Source: Candidatus Eiseniibacteriota bacterium (GTDB lineage: Bacteria; Eisenbacteria; RBG-16-71-46). Taken from it: a stretch of DNA of 64,000 nt. Both the position numbers and the translations under genes were made by a program. Every line of letters begins with the position of its first letter. Position 1 is the stretch's first letter. The stretch lies in NCBI GenBank assembly GCA_963776245.1, contig CAVZLN010000006.1, forward strand, positions 480,001-544,000, written 5' to 3'. Shown piece after piece: positions 28,484 through 37,915 of this stretch. A model generated the notes under the pieces. It saw only the letters and a list, made by a program, of their open reading frames with translations. It did no database searches and was not told where the DNA came from.

Positions 28484-29658
28484 CGGTCGATCTCCCCGAG
28501 CACGATGTCGAGGCTGCCGATGGCCGCGATCACGTCCGCGACCAGGCGACCCTGCACCATGGTGGGCAGGCACTGCAGGTTGACGAACGACGGCGAGCGC
28601 ACCTTCATGCGCCAGGGGCGCGGCGAGCCGTCCGAGACGAAGTAGAAGCCGAGCTCGCCCTTGGGGGCCTCGACCGCGGCGTAGGCCTCGCCCACCGGCG
28701 GGAAGAAGCCGTGCGCCACGATCTTGAAGTGGTGGATGAGGGCCTCCATCGAGGTCTTCACCAGTTCCTTGGGCGGCAGCACGTACTTGTAGTCGCGCAG
28801 GCGGTAGTCGCCGGGGCCCAGTTCGCGGAGGCGCCGGATCGCCTGGCCCGCGATGCGCGTGGCCTGGCGGATCTCCTCGACACGGACCGTGAAGCGGTCG
28901 TAGGCGTCGCCGTTGGCGCCGACCGGCACCTTGAAATCGTAGGTCTCGTAGCCCGAGTAGGGCATGTCCCGGCGCAGGTCCCAGTCCACGCCCGAGCCGC
29001 GCAGCGTCGGGCCGGTGGCGCCCAGCGCGATCGCGTCGGCCCGCGACAGCGGCGCGACACCCACGGTGCGGGCGAGCCAGATCGGATTGCGGGTGAGCAG
29101 CACCTCGTACTCGTCGACGTGCGCCGGCATCTCGTCGACGAACTTCTGGCACTTGTCGAGGAAGCCCTCGGGGATGTCCATGGACAGCCCGCCGACGCGG
29201 AAGTAGGACGCGGTCATGCGCGCGCCGCACACCATGTCGTAGATCGAGAGCACCTTCTCGCGCTCACGGAAGGTGTAGAAGAACATGGTCATCGCGCCGA
29301 TATCGAGCGCGTGGGTGCCCAGCCACAGGCAGTGCGCGCTGATGCGCGTGAGCTCCGTCAGCAGCACCCGGATCGCCTGGGCCCGGGGCGGCGCCTCGAT
29401 CCCGAGCAGCTTCTCCGCCGCCAGGCACAGGGCCAGGTTGTTCGACATCGGCGCGGTGTAGTCCATGCGGTCGGTCTGCGGGATCGACTGCGTGTACGTC
29501 TTGTACTCCGCCTGCTTCTCCATGCCGGTGTGCAGGTAGCCGACGATGGGCTTGGCCGAGAGCACGGTCTCCCCATCCAGCTCGAGCGCCACCCGCATCA
29601 CGCCGTGCGTCGCGGGGTGCTGAGGCCCCATGTTGAGGGTCATGGTCTCAGTGCGCAC
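28480..29658 (-). CDS. nuoD: NADH-quinone oxidoreductase subunit D
   Basis: LNMGPQHPATHG, GYLHTGMEK, DRMDY, VEAPKGE, DIVLGEIDR. Confidence 0.97.
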   Translation of the reverse strand: MRTETMTLNMGPQHPATHGVMRVALELDGETVLSAKPIVGYLHTGMEKQAEYKTYTQSIPQTDRMDYTAPMSNNLALCLAAEKLLGIEAPPRAQAIRVLLTELTRISAHCLWLGTHALDIGAMTMFFYTFREREKVLSIYDMVCGARMTASYFRVGGLSMDIPEGFLDKCQKFVDEMPAHVDEYEVLLTRNPIWLARTVGVAPLSRADAIALGATGPTLRGSGVDWDLRRDMPYSGYETYDFKVPVGANGDAYDRFTVRVEEIRQATRIAGQAIRRLRELGPGDYRLRDYKYVLPPKELVKTSMEALIHHFKIVAHGFFPPVGEAYAAVEAPKGELGFYFVSDGSPRPWRMKVRSPSFVNLQCLPTMVQGRLVADVIAAIGSLDIVLGEIDR

Positions 29659-30214
29659 GGTACCTCACCTTCTTCGGCGCCAGCTTCTTGAGGGTGGGAT
29701 CGGGCACCCGCCGCGTCGGCGTGTTGTGCGTGAAGGCGACCTCCTCGTAGCCCAGCGGCGAGTCCTTGCGCAGCGGCCAGCCCACCCAGTCCTCGGGCAG
29801 CAGGATGCGGCGCAGGTCCGGGTGACCGGTGAACTCGATGCCGTAGAAGTCCCAGGTCTCGCGCTCGAGCCAGTCGGCGGTCGGCCACACGCCGATCAGC
29901 GTGGGCACGCGCGGGTTCTCCTCGGGCACCTGCACCTTGAGCGTCAGGCGGAATGTCCGCGTCATCGAGAGCAGCCCGTAGACCACCTCGAAGCGTGGCT
30001 CGCGCGGCAGCCAGTCCACGCCGGAGATCCACGACAGCTGAGAGAAGTCGAGCTCGGGATCGTCACGCAGGAAGGCGCACACTTCGACGAGCCGGTCCAG
30101 AGGGACCCGCAGCGTGAAGTCGCGCACGGCCTCTCCCGTCTGGCGCTGGAACGGCACGCCCGGGAACCGCTCCCGCAGACGCTCTTCCACCCGGCCGGCC
30201 GTCAGGGCGCTCAT
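29648..30214 (-). CDS. nuoC: NADH-quinone oxidoreductase subunit C
   Basis: [36 protein letters not shown]. Confidence 0.95.
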   Translation of the reverse strand: MSALTAGRVEERLRERFPGVPFQRQTGEAVRDFTLRVPLDRLVEVCAFLRDDPELDFSQLSWISGVDWLPREPRFEVVYGLLSMTRTFRLTLKVQVPEENPRVPTLIGVWPTADWLERETWDFYGIEFTGHPDLRRILLPEDWVGWPLRKDSPLGYEEVAFTHNTPTRRVPDPTLKKLAPKKVRYRAH

Positions 30215-30849
30215 GCCGTCCCCTGCTTCCTGCGCTTCGGCACGTTGGGGCCGAACTCGACGCGCGAGGCGAGGATCTTCTCCTGGAGCTTCATGATCCC
30301 GTGGATGAGGGCCTCGGGCCGCGGCGGACAGCCCGGCACGTACACGTCGACGGGGACGATCTTGTCCACGCCCTGCACGATCGCGTAGTTGTTGAACACG
30401 CCTCCGCACGACGCGCAGGCACCCATCGAGATGACCCACTTCGGATCGGGCATCTGGTCGTAGAGCGTGCGCAGCACCGGCGCCATCTTCACGCTCACCC
30501 GGCCGGCGACGATCATCAGGTCCGCCTGCCGGGGTGAGGGACGCATGACCTCCGCGCCGAAGCGCGAGATGTCGAAGCGCGGGCCCAGCCCGGCCATCAT
30601 CTCGATGGCGCAGCAGGCGAGGCCGAAACCCAGCGGCCAGATCGAGTTCGAGCGCGCCCAGTTCACCATGCTGTCCAGGGTGGTGAACAGGATGCCCCGC
30701 TCGAGCTCCTCGCGGGTGAGGTCCTCGTCGGTCCGGATGTTCGTCAGGCCGGACGGCGAGGTGTTGAGCATGCGCTCGAGGTCCTGCTCCGCGGGGGTCC
30801 GCGCCGGGAGCTGGCCGAGGGTTCGGAACGGCCTGGGTGCGTCGGTCAC
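30211..30849 (-). CDS. nuoB: NADH-quinone oxidoreductase subunit B
   Basis: [30 protein letters not shown]; start uncertain. Confidence 0.96.
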   Translation of the reverse strand: MTDAPRPFRTLGQLPARTPAEQDLERMLNTSPSGLTNIRTDEDLTREELERGILFTTLDSMVNWARSNSIWPLGFGLACCAIEMMAGLGPRFDISRFGAEVMRPSPRQADLMIVAGRVSVKMAPVLRTLYDQMPDPKWVISMGACASCGGVFNNYAIVQGVDKIVPVDVYVPGCPPRPEALIHGIMKLQEKILASRVEFGPNVPKRRKQGTA

Positions 30850-30925
30850 GGACGGTCCTCCCGAGGGCGCGCGGGCGCGCCGCGGGCCCCGCTCGGGGCG
30901 GACACCGGACCGGCTGGCGCCGGAT

Positions 30926-31279
30926 TCAGTCCCATTCGAGCGCCCGCTTCTGGATGAGGTAGAGGTACCCCACCAAGAGGATGAGGATGAACAGGACCAT
31001 CTCGACGAGCCCGTAGAGCCCGAGCTGACGGAAGGCCACGGCCCACGGATAGAGGAACACGGCCTCGATGTCGAACAGGATGAAGAGCACCGCGACCAGG
31101 TAGAACTTCACCGTGATGCGCTGGCGCGCGTCGCCCACGGGGACCACGCCGCACTCGTACGCCGCGTTCTTGATGGTGTTGCGACGCCGCGGGACGATGA
31201 ACGTGGACAGCGTCAGCGTACCCGCAGCGAAGACGATGGCGGCGACCAGGAACAGCAACACCGGCAGGTATTCGCGCAT
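30926..31279 (-). CDS. nuoA: NADH-quinone oxidoreductase subunit A
   Basis: [29 protein letters not shown]. Confidence 0.96.
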   Translation of the reverse strand: MREYLPVLLFLVAAIVFAAGTLTLSTFIVPRRRNTIKNAAYECGVVPVGDARQRITVKFYLVAVLFILFDIEAVFLYPWAVAFRQLGLYGLVEMVLFILILLVGYLYLIQKRALEWD

Positions 31280-31320
31280 GGACTTCCTTTCACCACGTCC
31301 TCAAGACGTTCCAGCGCCGC

Positions 31321-31349
31321 ACCCTACGCAGACCGTGATGCAGCGTCAA
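31321..31349 (-). promoter_or_regulatory. Putative sigma70 promoter for the nuo operon
   Basis: Minus strand TTGACG-N17-TAGGGT. Confidence 0.6.
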
Positions 31350-31368
31350 GCCGGGCGCCGGAGCGGTC

Positions 31369-32343
31369 TCAACCCGCTGCGTTGAGCTTCTTCACCGCCT
31401 CCGTGAGCGCCGGCACGACCGCGAAGAGATCCCCGACCACACCGTAGTCGGCCACCTTGAAGATGGGCGCTTCGGGGTCCTTGTTGATCGCCACGATGCA
31501 GCGCGAGGAGGTCATTCCCGCGAGATGCTGGATCGCGCCCGACACCCCGGCCGCGACATAGAGCTTGGGCGCCACCGTCTTGCCGGTCTGCCCGACCTGG
31601 TCCGAGTGCGGGCGCCAGCCGGCATCCACCACCGCGCGCGACGCGCCGACGGACCCACCGAGCGCGCCCGCCAGCTCCTCGAGCAGCGCGAAGTGCTCCG
31701 GACCCTTCATGCCGCGGCCCCCCGCGACGATGATCTCGGCCTCGGTGAGATCCACCTTGCCGCCTCCCGCCGCCGCGATCGCGACCACCCGCGCCTTCGC
31801 CGGCGTGCCGAGCGCGACCGCGAGCGGCTGCACCGTGGCGCTCCGGGCCGGGCCGGCGACCGGCGCGAACATCTTCGGACGCAAGGTCGCCAGCGCGGGC
31901 GTCCTGGGGAACGCCACCATCTGAAGCGCCTTGCCCGCGAACACCGGGCGCGTCGCCCGGAGCGCGCCGCTCTCGCACGCGAGCGCGGTGCAGTCGGACG
32001 CCAGCCCCACGCCGAGCAGGGCCGCCACCCGCGGCGCCAGGTCCTTGCCCATCGCCGAAGCCGCGAACAGCACCGCGGCCGGCTTCACCGCCTCGACCGC
32101 CGCGGCCACGGCCGCGGCCTGGGCCTCGCCGTCGTAGCGCTCGAAGCGCGCGTGGCTGGCCAGCAGCACCTGGTCCGCGCCACTCTCGCCCAGCGCCGCC
32201 AGCCCCGGATCCGCGGCCGCGCAGCACACTCCCACCACCGGGCCGCCGAGGCCCTCCGCGAGCCGCGTCGCCGCGCCCAGCGCTTCGCGCGAGACCGGTC
32301 GCACCTGCCCGTCGCGCTGCTCGATGAACACCAGGATGCTCAT
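31369..32343 (-). CDS. etfA: Electron transfer flavoprotein alpha subunit
   Basis: [48 protein letters not shown]. Confidence 0.96.
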   Translation of the reverse strand: MSILVFIEQRDGQVRPVSREALGAATRLAEGLGGPVVGVCCAAADPGLAALGESGADQVLLASHARFERYDGEAQAAAVAAAVEAVKPAAVLFAASAMGKDLAPRVAALLGVGLASDCTALACESGALRATRPVFAGKALQMVAFPRTPALATLRPKMFAPVAGPARSATVQPLAVALGTPAKARVVAIAAAGGGKVDLTEAEIIVAGGRGMKGPEHFALLEELAGALGGSVGASRAVVDAGWRPHSDQVGQTGKTVAPKLYVAAGVSGAIQHLAGMTSSRCIVAINKDPEAPIFKVADYGVVGDLFAVVPALTEAVKKLNAAG

Positions 32344-32353
32344 GTGCGCCCCC

Positions 32354-33106
32354 TCAGATGACCTTGGCTTCTTCGCGCAGGACGCGCACCAGCTCGGGCA
32401 CCGCCTCGACGCCCGTGCCGACGATCCGGCCGGCCGAGCGGGCGGGCGGGAGCGTCAGCGCGAGCACGTCGAGATTCGACTCGCCGAGTTCCGCGGGGCG
32501 CTCCTCGATGGGCTTCTTCTTCGCCGCCATGATGCCCTTCAGCGAGGCGTAGCGCGGCTCGTTGAGTCCCTTGTCGGCGGTGAACACCGCCGGGAGGTCC
32601 ACCTCGACCACCTCGCGTCCGCCCTCGATCTCGCGTTCGACGCGGGCGACCGCGCCGTCGAGCGCGAAGGTCGAGATCGCCGTGACGCACGGACGTCCGA
32701 GCAGCACCGCCAGCATCGGGCCGACCTGGGCCGCGTCATCGTCCATCGCCTGCTTGCCGAGCCACACGAGGTGCGGGTCGAGGTCGCGCACCACGCCCGC
32801 GAGCGCGCGCGCCACCGCGAGCGGGTCCGCTGCGGAGGTGACACAGGTCAGGTGGATGGCGCGGTCCGCGCCCATCGCCAGCGCGTTGCGCAGCGTGGTC
32901 TGCACGCCGGGGCCGCCGACCGTGACCACCACCACCTCGCCCTCGCCCTGCGCCTCGCGCACCCGCAGCGCCTGCTCGACCGCGAACTCGTCGTACGGGT
33001 TCAGGATCCAGGTCACCCCCGCGGGGTCCAGGCTCCGGCCGTCACCACCCACCTTCACGCGGGTCTCGGTGTCGGCGACCTGCTTGACGCACACCACCTG
33101 AAGCAC
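32354..33106 (-). CDS. etfB: Electron transfer flavoprotein beta subunit
   Basis: VCVKQV, NPYDEFAVE, ALAMGAD, GKQAMD, NEPRYASLKGIMAAKKK. Confidence 0.96.
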   Translation of the reverse strand: MLQVVCVKQVADTETRVKVGGDGRSLDPAGVTWILNPYDEFAVEQALRVREAQGEGEVVVVTVGGPGVQTTLRNALAMGADRAIHLTCVTSAADPLAVARALAGVVRDLDPHLVWLGKQAMDDDAAQVGPMLAVLLGRPCVTAISTFALDGAVARVEREIEGGREVVEVDLPAVFTADKGLNEPRYASLKGIMAAKKKPIEERPAELGESNLDVLALTLPPARSAGRIVGTGVEAVPELVRVLREEAKVI

Positions 33107-33312
33107 GGGTCACCTCGTCGTTCGGGGGCCGCGGACGGCCCGTTTCGTTCCGGGTTTCACAATGGTCACCGCGGCCGGAGGAGGGTCGATGGCGGCGCGG
33201 AGCACTCGGCGGCGCAGTCTCGCTTGGGGGCCGCGAAAGTGTCAAGGCGACCGGGCGTCTCTCGCCGCCGACCGCAGCGGCGATCTCCTGTCCCGTATCC
33301 CGGGCGGAATCC

Positions 33313-33342
33313 TTGACGGGACAACCCGTGGCGTGCCACGAT
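33313..33342 (+). promoter_or_regulatory. Putative promoter for the XRE-cupin pair, overlapped by dyads
   Basis: TTGACG-N18-CACGAT; IR TGTCCCGT/ACGGGACA (33289-33323) and CGTGGC-GT-GCCACG (33327-33340). Confidence 0.45.
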
Positions 33343-33348
33343 GACTTC

Positions 33349-33673
33349 CAAGTGTGACGCGTGCGATGGGTGCTCCCCTCGACCCTTGGGGTCCTCGGGA
33401 GGCATCGGACCCCGACTGGAACCCGGGCTCGCTCGCGACAGCGGCTCGTACCGTTGGCGGATCCCAGGCCGCGGGCCCACCTGGGGCCGGCCTGCATTCG
33501 GCCGGCTTCCGCAGCAGTCTCGGCCGTGCTTCACCCAACACGCTTCTGAACTGACCCCCGACTTTCGGATGCCGTGGTGGCACCTCTCCCCACCCGATCG
33601 CGCCCGCCGTCCGCGAATGGGCCCAGGTGCCCGATGCGCGTTCCCGCTGACCGCGGCGGGACGCCGAGGATGT
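33349..33673 (+). other. Long hairpin-rich non-coding leader (candidate cis-regulatory RNA or ncRNA)
   Basis: At least five consecutive stem-loops found by eye; no family I can recognise. Confidence 0.3.
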
Positions 33674-34246
33674 ATGTCAGCCATCGTCGAGATCGAGGAA
33701 TTGGGGCGCCGCATCCGCAAGCTGCGCCTTGAGCGCCGCATGACGCTCAAGCAGGTCGAGCACGCCTGCCACCTGTCGGCCACCCACCTCTCCGAGATCG
33801 AGCGCGGCCGCACCTCCCCGACCATCGGCGCGCTGGTGCGCATCGCGCGGGCGCTCGAGCGGGACGCCTCGTTCTTCCTCGAACACGATGAGCGAGACGA
33901 GGTGGCGCACGTCCAGCGCGAGCAGGCGCGGGCGCTGAAGCTCGCGCCGGGCGTGACCGCCGAGATCCTCACGCCGGGTATCCCCGCCAGCCGGCTGTTC
34001 GCCTATCGCCTCGCGCTCGAGCCGGGCGCCGAGTTCAGGCTCGCGGCGCAGGACCTCGAGGGCGACGCGCTCTACTACCTGAGGCGCGGCGCGGTCGAGA
34101 TGGGGTTCGGCGACCAGCGGGCGGCGCTGGCCGAAGGGGACGGCGCGCAATCCTCGCTCACCCTCACGCAGGTGGCGCGGGCCCAAGGCGGCGAACCCGC
34201 CGAACTGGTCCTGGTGCTCTCGCGATCGCTCGAGGGCACGTCATGA
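33674..34246 (+). CDS. XRE-family HTH regulator with degenerate cupin-like domain
   Basis: LGRRIRKLR..SATHLSEIERGRTSPTIGAL; GAGG RBS before ATG 33674. Confidence 0.88.
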   Translation: MSAIVEIEELGRRIRKLRLERRMTLKQVEHACHLSATHLSEIERGRTSPTIGALVRIARALERDASFFLEHDERDEVAHVQREQARALKLAPGVTAEILTPGIPASRLFAYRLALEPGAEFRLAAQDLEGDALYYLRRGAVEMGFGDQRAALAEGDGAQSSLTLTQVARAQGGEPAELVLVLSRSLEGTS

Positions 34247-34893
34247 GCGCGGCCCGCCGTCCCCGGGGGAAGGTCACTCCGCTCCGACCCAGCCCAGCCG
34301 CGCACGTCGTCGAGGCGCCCGGCCCCAGCCCGCGCGATCCGTCTCCGGTCGAGCTCGGACGCCGCATCAAGATGCTGCGCATCGCGCGCGGGCTCACGCT
34401 CAAGGACCTCGAGGAGCGCGGCGGCATCTCCGCCACCCACGTCTCGGAGATCGAACGCGGGAAGGCCTCGCCCACGGTGGGCGCGCTCGGGCGCCTCGCG
34501 CTCGCGCTCGGGCTCAGCCCCGCCACGCTCGTCGAGCCGCGCGTGCTGCCGCTGGTCGCCGTGCAGCCCGCGGGCGCGCGGCGCGAACGCACGATCCAGT
34601 GGGGGCAGGCGGTCCTCGAGCCGCTCAACGAGCCGATCCAGGGGGCCGCGCACGGGGGGCAGATCCTCAAGCTCCCGATCGGGCGCGAGCCCGCGCTCGT
34701 CCATCATCATGAGGGCGAGGAGTGGGCCACGGTGCTGAGCGGCGTGGCCGAGGTCCGCGTGGCGGGTCATCCGTACGTGCTGCGCGAGGGGGACTGCATC
34801 CACTTCCGGTCGCACCTCGAGCATGCCTACCTGAATCTCGCCTCGGCGCCCGCCGTGCTGCTGCTGGTCTCGCGTCCGCGCCTCACGCTGTAG
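34243..34893 (+). CDS. XRE-family HTH regulator with cupin domain
   Basis: LGRRIKMLR..SATHVSEIERGKASPTVGAL; HHHEGEEW..LREGDCIHF..H. Confidence 0.9.
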   Translation: MSAARRPRGKVTPLRPSPAAHVVEAPGPSPRDPSPVELGRRIKMLRIARGLTLKDLEERGGISATHVSEIERGKASPTVGALGRLALALGLSPATLVEPRVLPLVAVQPAGARRERTIQWGQAVLEPLNEPIQGAAHGGQILKLPIGREPALVHHHEGEEWATVLSGVAEVRVAGHPYVLREGDCIHFRSHLEHAYLNLASAPAVLLLVSRPRLTL

Positions 34894-34905
34894 GCGCGAA
34901 GGGCC

Positions 34906-36180
34906 TCAGGGCGACAGCGGGTCGTCGCGGTCGCGCGCCGCGAGGTCGGCGGGCGTCTCCGCGGCGCGCGCGCGGCGCAGCGTGCCCGCGTCGGCGACCA
35001 GTTCGGCCAGCCGGCCGCGTCCGTTGTAGGAGGACGACATGCTGGCGCCGTAGGCGCCGGCATCCAGGAGCGCCACCAGGTCGCCCGGTTCGAGCGGCGG
35101 CAGGCTCGCGTCCTCCGCGAACACGTCGGCGCTCTCGCACACCGGTCCCACCACGCAGGCGGGTTCCGCCGCGCCGGCGCGCGGGCGGACCGGCACGATG
35201 CGATGACGCGCGCCGTAGAGCGCCGGCCGCAGCAGGTCGTTCATGCCGGCCGCGATCACCACGAACCGCCGCCCGTCGCGCCGCTTGATCCACAGCACCT
35301 CGGCGAGCAGCACGCCCACCGGCGCGACCAGCCAGCGTCCGGGCTCGAACGCCCAGCGCAGCGCGGACGCTCCCGGCATCGCCGCGAGTTCGGTGGCCCA
35401 GCGCTCGAGCGGGAACTCGGTCTCACCCGCGGGATCGATCCCGAAGCCGCCGCCGAGGTTCACCAGCGCCAGCGGCGCGCCGCGCCGCGCGGATTCCTCG
35501 ACCAGGCCGAGCGCCACGCGCGCGGCCGCCGCGAGCGGCCCGGTCTCCATGAGCTGCGAGCCGACGTGCAGGTGCACGGCGTCGAGCGCCAGATGCGGCC
35601 AGCGCGCCCGGGCGGCCCATGCCGCGAGCGCCTCGCCGGCCCCGACGCCGAACTTGGCCTCGCCCCCGCCGGTCGCCACGTACGGATGCCCGGGTGTGTC
35701 GATCCCGGGATTCACCCGCAGCGCCACGCGCAGGCGGGTGTCCGAGCGGGCCGCGGCGCGTTCGAGCAGATCGAGCTCGCCGACGTGGTCGGCGTTCACC
35801 AACGCGACCCCTTCGCGCGCCGCCCAGTCCGCTTCCTCCGGCGTGCGCCCGTTCCCGTTCAGGATGCGCTGCGACGGCGCGAAGCCCGCGCGTCGCGCGA
35901 TCTCGAGCTCGCCCAGCGAGCCGGCCTCGGAGCCCAGCCCCGCCGCGCGCGCGCGCGCCAGCAGCGCCGGGAGGGCGTTGGCCTTCAGCGCGAAGGCGAC
36001 CAGCGGTGCCAGGCGCCCGAAGGCGGCGACGAAGCGGCGCGCGCGCGCGTCGAGCGCCGCGGCGTCGTACACCCAGCAGGCGCGCGCCGCGGGATCCTGG
36101 CGCCGCAGCGCCGCGAGCGCGCGATCGAGCGCGACCCCGCCGAGCGCGAGCGCGCCGCCGACCGGCCCGGGCGCGCTCAC
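34906..36180 (-). CDS. lysA: Diaminopimelate decarboxylase
   Basis: FALKAN (PLP Lys), KFG, HLHVGSQ, NLGGG, EPGR, LRPALY, GPVCESAD, GAYGASMSSSYN. Confidence 0.92.
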   Translation of the reverse strand: MSAPGPVGGALALGGVALDRALAALRRQDPAARACWVYDAAALDARARRFVAAFGRLAPLVAFALKANALPALLARARAAGLGSEAGSLGELEIARRAGFAPSQRILNGNGRTPEEADWAAREGVALVNADHVGELDLLERAAARSDTRLRVALRVNPGIDTPGHPYVATGGGEAKFGVGAGEALAAWAARARWPHLALDAVHLHVGSQLMETGPLAAAARVALGLVEESARRGAPLALVNLGGGFGIDPAGETEFPLERWATELAAMPGASALRWAFEPGRWLVAPVGVLLAEVLWIKRRDGRRFVVIAAGMNDLLRPALYGARHRIVPVRPRAGAAEPACVVGPVCESADVFAEDASLPPLEPGDLVALLDAGAYGASMSSSYNGRGRLAELVADAGTLRRARAAETPADLAARDRDDPLSP

Positions 36181-36797
36181 GCCACGTCCCGCGCGCGCGC
36201 CACGAGCGCGCGCTCGGCGGCCGCGAGGTCGGCGGGCGTGTTCACGTTCAGGAACTCGTCCGGCAGGGCCCCCAGCGCCGCCAGCGCGGCGTCGTCGAGC
36301 CGCACGATGTCGAGCGCCTGCAGCGCGCGCGTCGGCGAGCGCTCGCCGCGCGCGAGCGCCGCGTCCAGGTGCGTGGCGGCCCCGGACGTGAGCGCGCACA
36401 CCAGCGGCTGGGGCACGCCACCGGGGCAGGGCAACACCGCGACGGCGCCCGACCGTTCCAGCCGCGCGCGCAGAGCGGACAGGGTGGCCGGCCGCACCAG
36501 CGGGAAGTCCACGCCCAGCACCCAGGCCACCCGGTGGGGGTGCGCCCGCAGCCCGGCCACCATGCCGGCGAGCGGGCCGGCCGCGCCGGGCGCGTCGTGG
36601 ACGCGGCTCGCCGCACCGAGTCGGAGCTCGAGAACCCGCGGCGCGGCGACCACCACCCGGTCCGCGAGCGGCTCGAGGATGTCGAGGGCGCGCTGGAGCA
36701 GGTCGCGGCCCGCGACCTCGACGCCCGCCTTGGGCACGCCGCGCCCGAGCCGTGTCCCCCGGCCACCCGCCACCACCACGCCGAGGGTCGCACTCAT
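36177..36797 (-). CDS. mobA: Molybdenum cofactor guanylyltransferase
   Basis: VVAGGRGTRLG..K, GPLAG, VDFP, PQPL, FLNVNTPAD. Confidence 0.9.
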   Translation of the reverse strand: MSATLGVVVAGGRGTRLGRGVPKAGVEVAGRDLLQRALDILEPLADRVVVAAPRVLELRLGAASRVHDAPGAAGPLAGMVAGLRAHPHRVAWVLGVDFPLVRPATLSALRARLERSGAVAVLPCPGGVPQPLVCALTSGAATHLDAALARGERSPTRALQALDIVRLDDAALAALGALPDEFLNVNTPADLAAAERALVARARDVA

Positions 36798-37790
36798 CTA
36801 GTAGCCCGCCCGCTTGTCCACCACGTTGACCAGCGGCTGGTCGGCCAGCCAGCGGCGCAGGTTGCCCGCGAACTGCTCCACGGCACGCTCCCAGTAGCGC
36901 GGCCCGAGCCCCGAGACGTGCGGCGTGACGAGCACGTTCGGCATCGCCCAGAGCGGCGACGTCGCGGGCAGCGGCTCTTCGGCGAACACGTCGAGCGCGG
37001 CGCCGGCCAGCGGCCCGTCGCGCAGCGCCTCGACCAGCGCGGTCTCGTCCACCAGCGCGCCCCGTCCGAGGTTCACGAGCAGCGCGCCCGGCTTCACCCG
37101 CGCGAGGCGCGCGCGGGAGAGCAGCCCCCGGGTCGCGGGCGTCAGCGGCGGGCACAGCACCAGCCAGTCGCTGGCGGCGAGCAGGTCGTCGAGGCGCTCC
37201 ACCCCCCACTGAGCGTCGGCCGGCGCGGGGTCCGCCGCCGGGTGGCGGCGCACCGCGAGCACGCGCATCCCGAGCGCCCGCGCGCGCACCGCGAGCGCGC
37301 GGCCGACCTCGCCCAGCCCGATGATGCCGAGCGTCGAGCCGTCCACCTGCGCGATCGCCGGGGCCTCCTGCCACAGCCCCTCCTGCGCCCACGTCGAAGC
37401 CTGCTGCAGATCGCGGGCGACGTGGAACTTGCGCGCGAAGCCGAGGATGGCGGCGAGCGCGTGCTCCGCCATGGACACCGCGTGCAGCCCGCGGCCGTTG
37501 GTGAGCACCACCTCGCTCTCGACCAGCGCCGGGAACAGCAGCGGCCCGACCCCGGCCGCGCTGGTGTGCACCCAGCGCAGCCGGGTGGCGAGATGGAAGT
37601 TCTCGGCCCGCAGCACCCAGCCGTACACCACGTCGGCCGTCGGCAGCAGGGCCTCGGCCGCGGCGCGATCGCGCGGGACGAGGAACTCCACCGTCGGGAA
37701 GTCCCGCGCCAGCCCCTCGACCAGCGCGGCCGGCAGATTCCAGATCGCCTTGGGATCGCGGACGTACTCGAGCACGCGCACGTGGGCCAT
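36798..37790 (-). CDS. D-2-hydroxyacid dehydrogenase family protein
   Basis: SAAGV, GIIGLGEVG, PLTPATRG, VNLGRG, LDVF..EPL, TPHVSG. Confidence 0.92.
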   Translation of the reverse strand: MAHVRVLEYVRDPKAIWNLPAALVEGLARDFPTVEFLVPRDRAAAEALLPTADVVYGWVLRAENFHLATRLRWVHTSAAGVGPLLFPALVESEVVLTNGRGLHAVSMAEHALAAILGFARKFHVARDLQQASTWAQEGLWQEAPAIAQVDGSTLGIIGLGEVGRALAVRARALGMRVLAVRRHPAADPAPADAQWGVERLDDLLAASDWLVLCPPLTPATRGLLSRARLARVKPGALLVNLGRGALVDETALVEALRDGPLAGAALDVFAEEPLPATSPLWAMPNVLVTPHVSGLGPRYWERAVEQFAGNLRRWLADQPLVNVVDKRAGY

Positions 37791-37915
37791 GACGCGCATG
37801 GTGCCACACGGGTGAACCCCGACGCGAGACGCCGCTTGCGCGGGGCGCGCCCCGCCGGATAGTCTCCCGCGACTTGGACCCTGCCTGACCGGACGTTCCG
37901 AAGGAGGCCACAGCC

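Noticed and set aside
33540..33600. Glycine riboswitch-like GGAGAG..CCGAA on the minus strand; also considered 6S and SRP RNA
   Set aside because: The CTCTCAGG element and other conserved cores are missing.
33341..33673. Cys-containing 111-aa N-terminal extension of the first XRE protein
   Set aside because: Non-coding-like composition, the ATG overlaps the predicted -10, and a better RBS-ATG lies at 33674.
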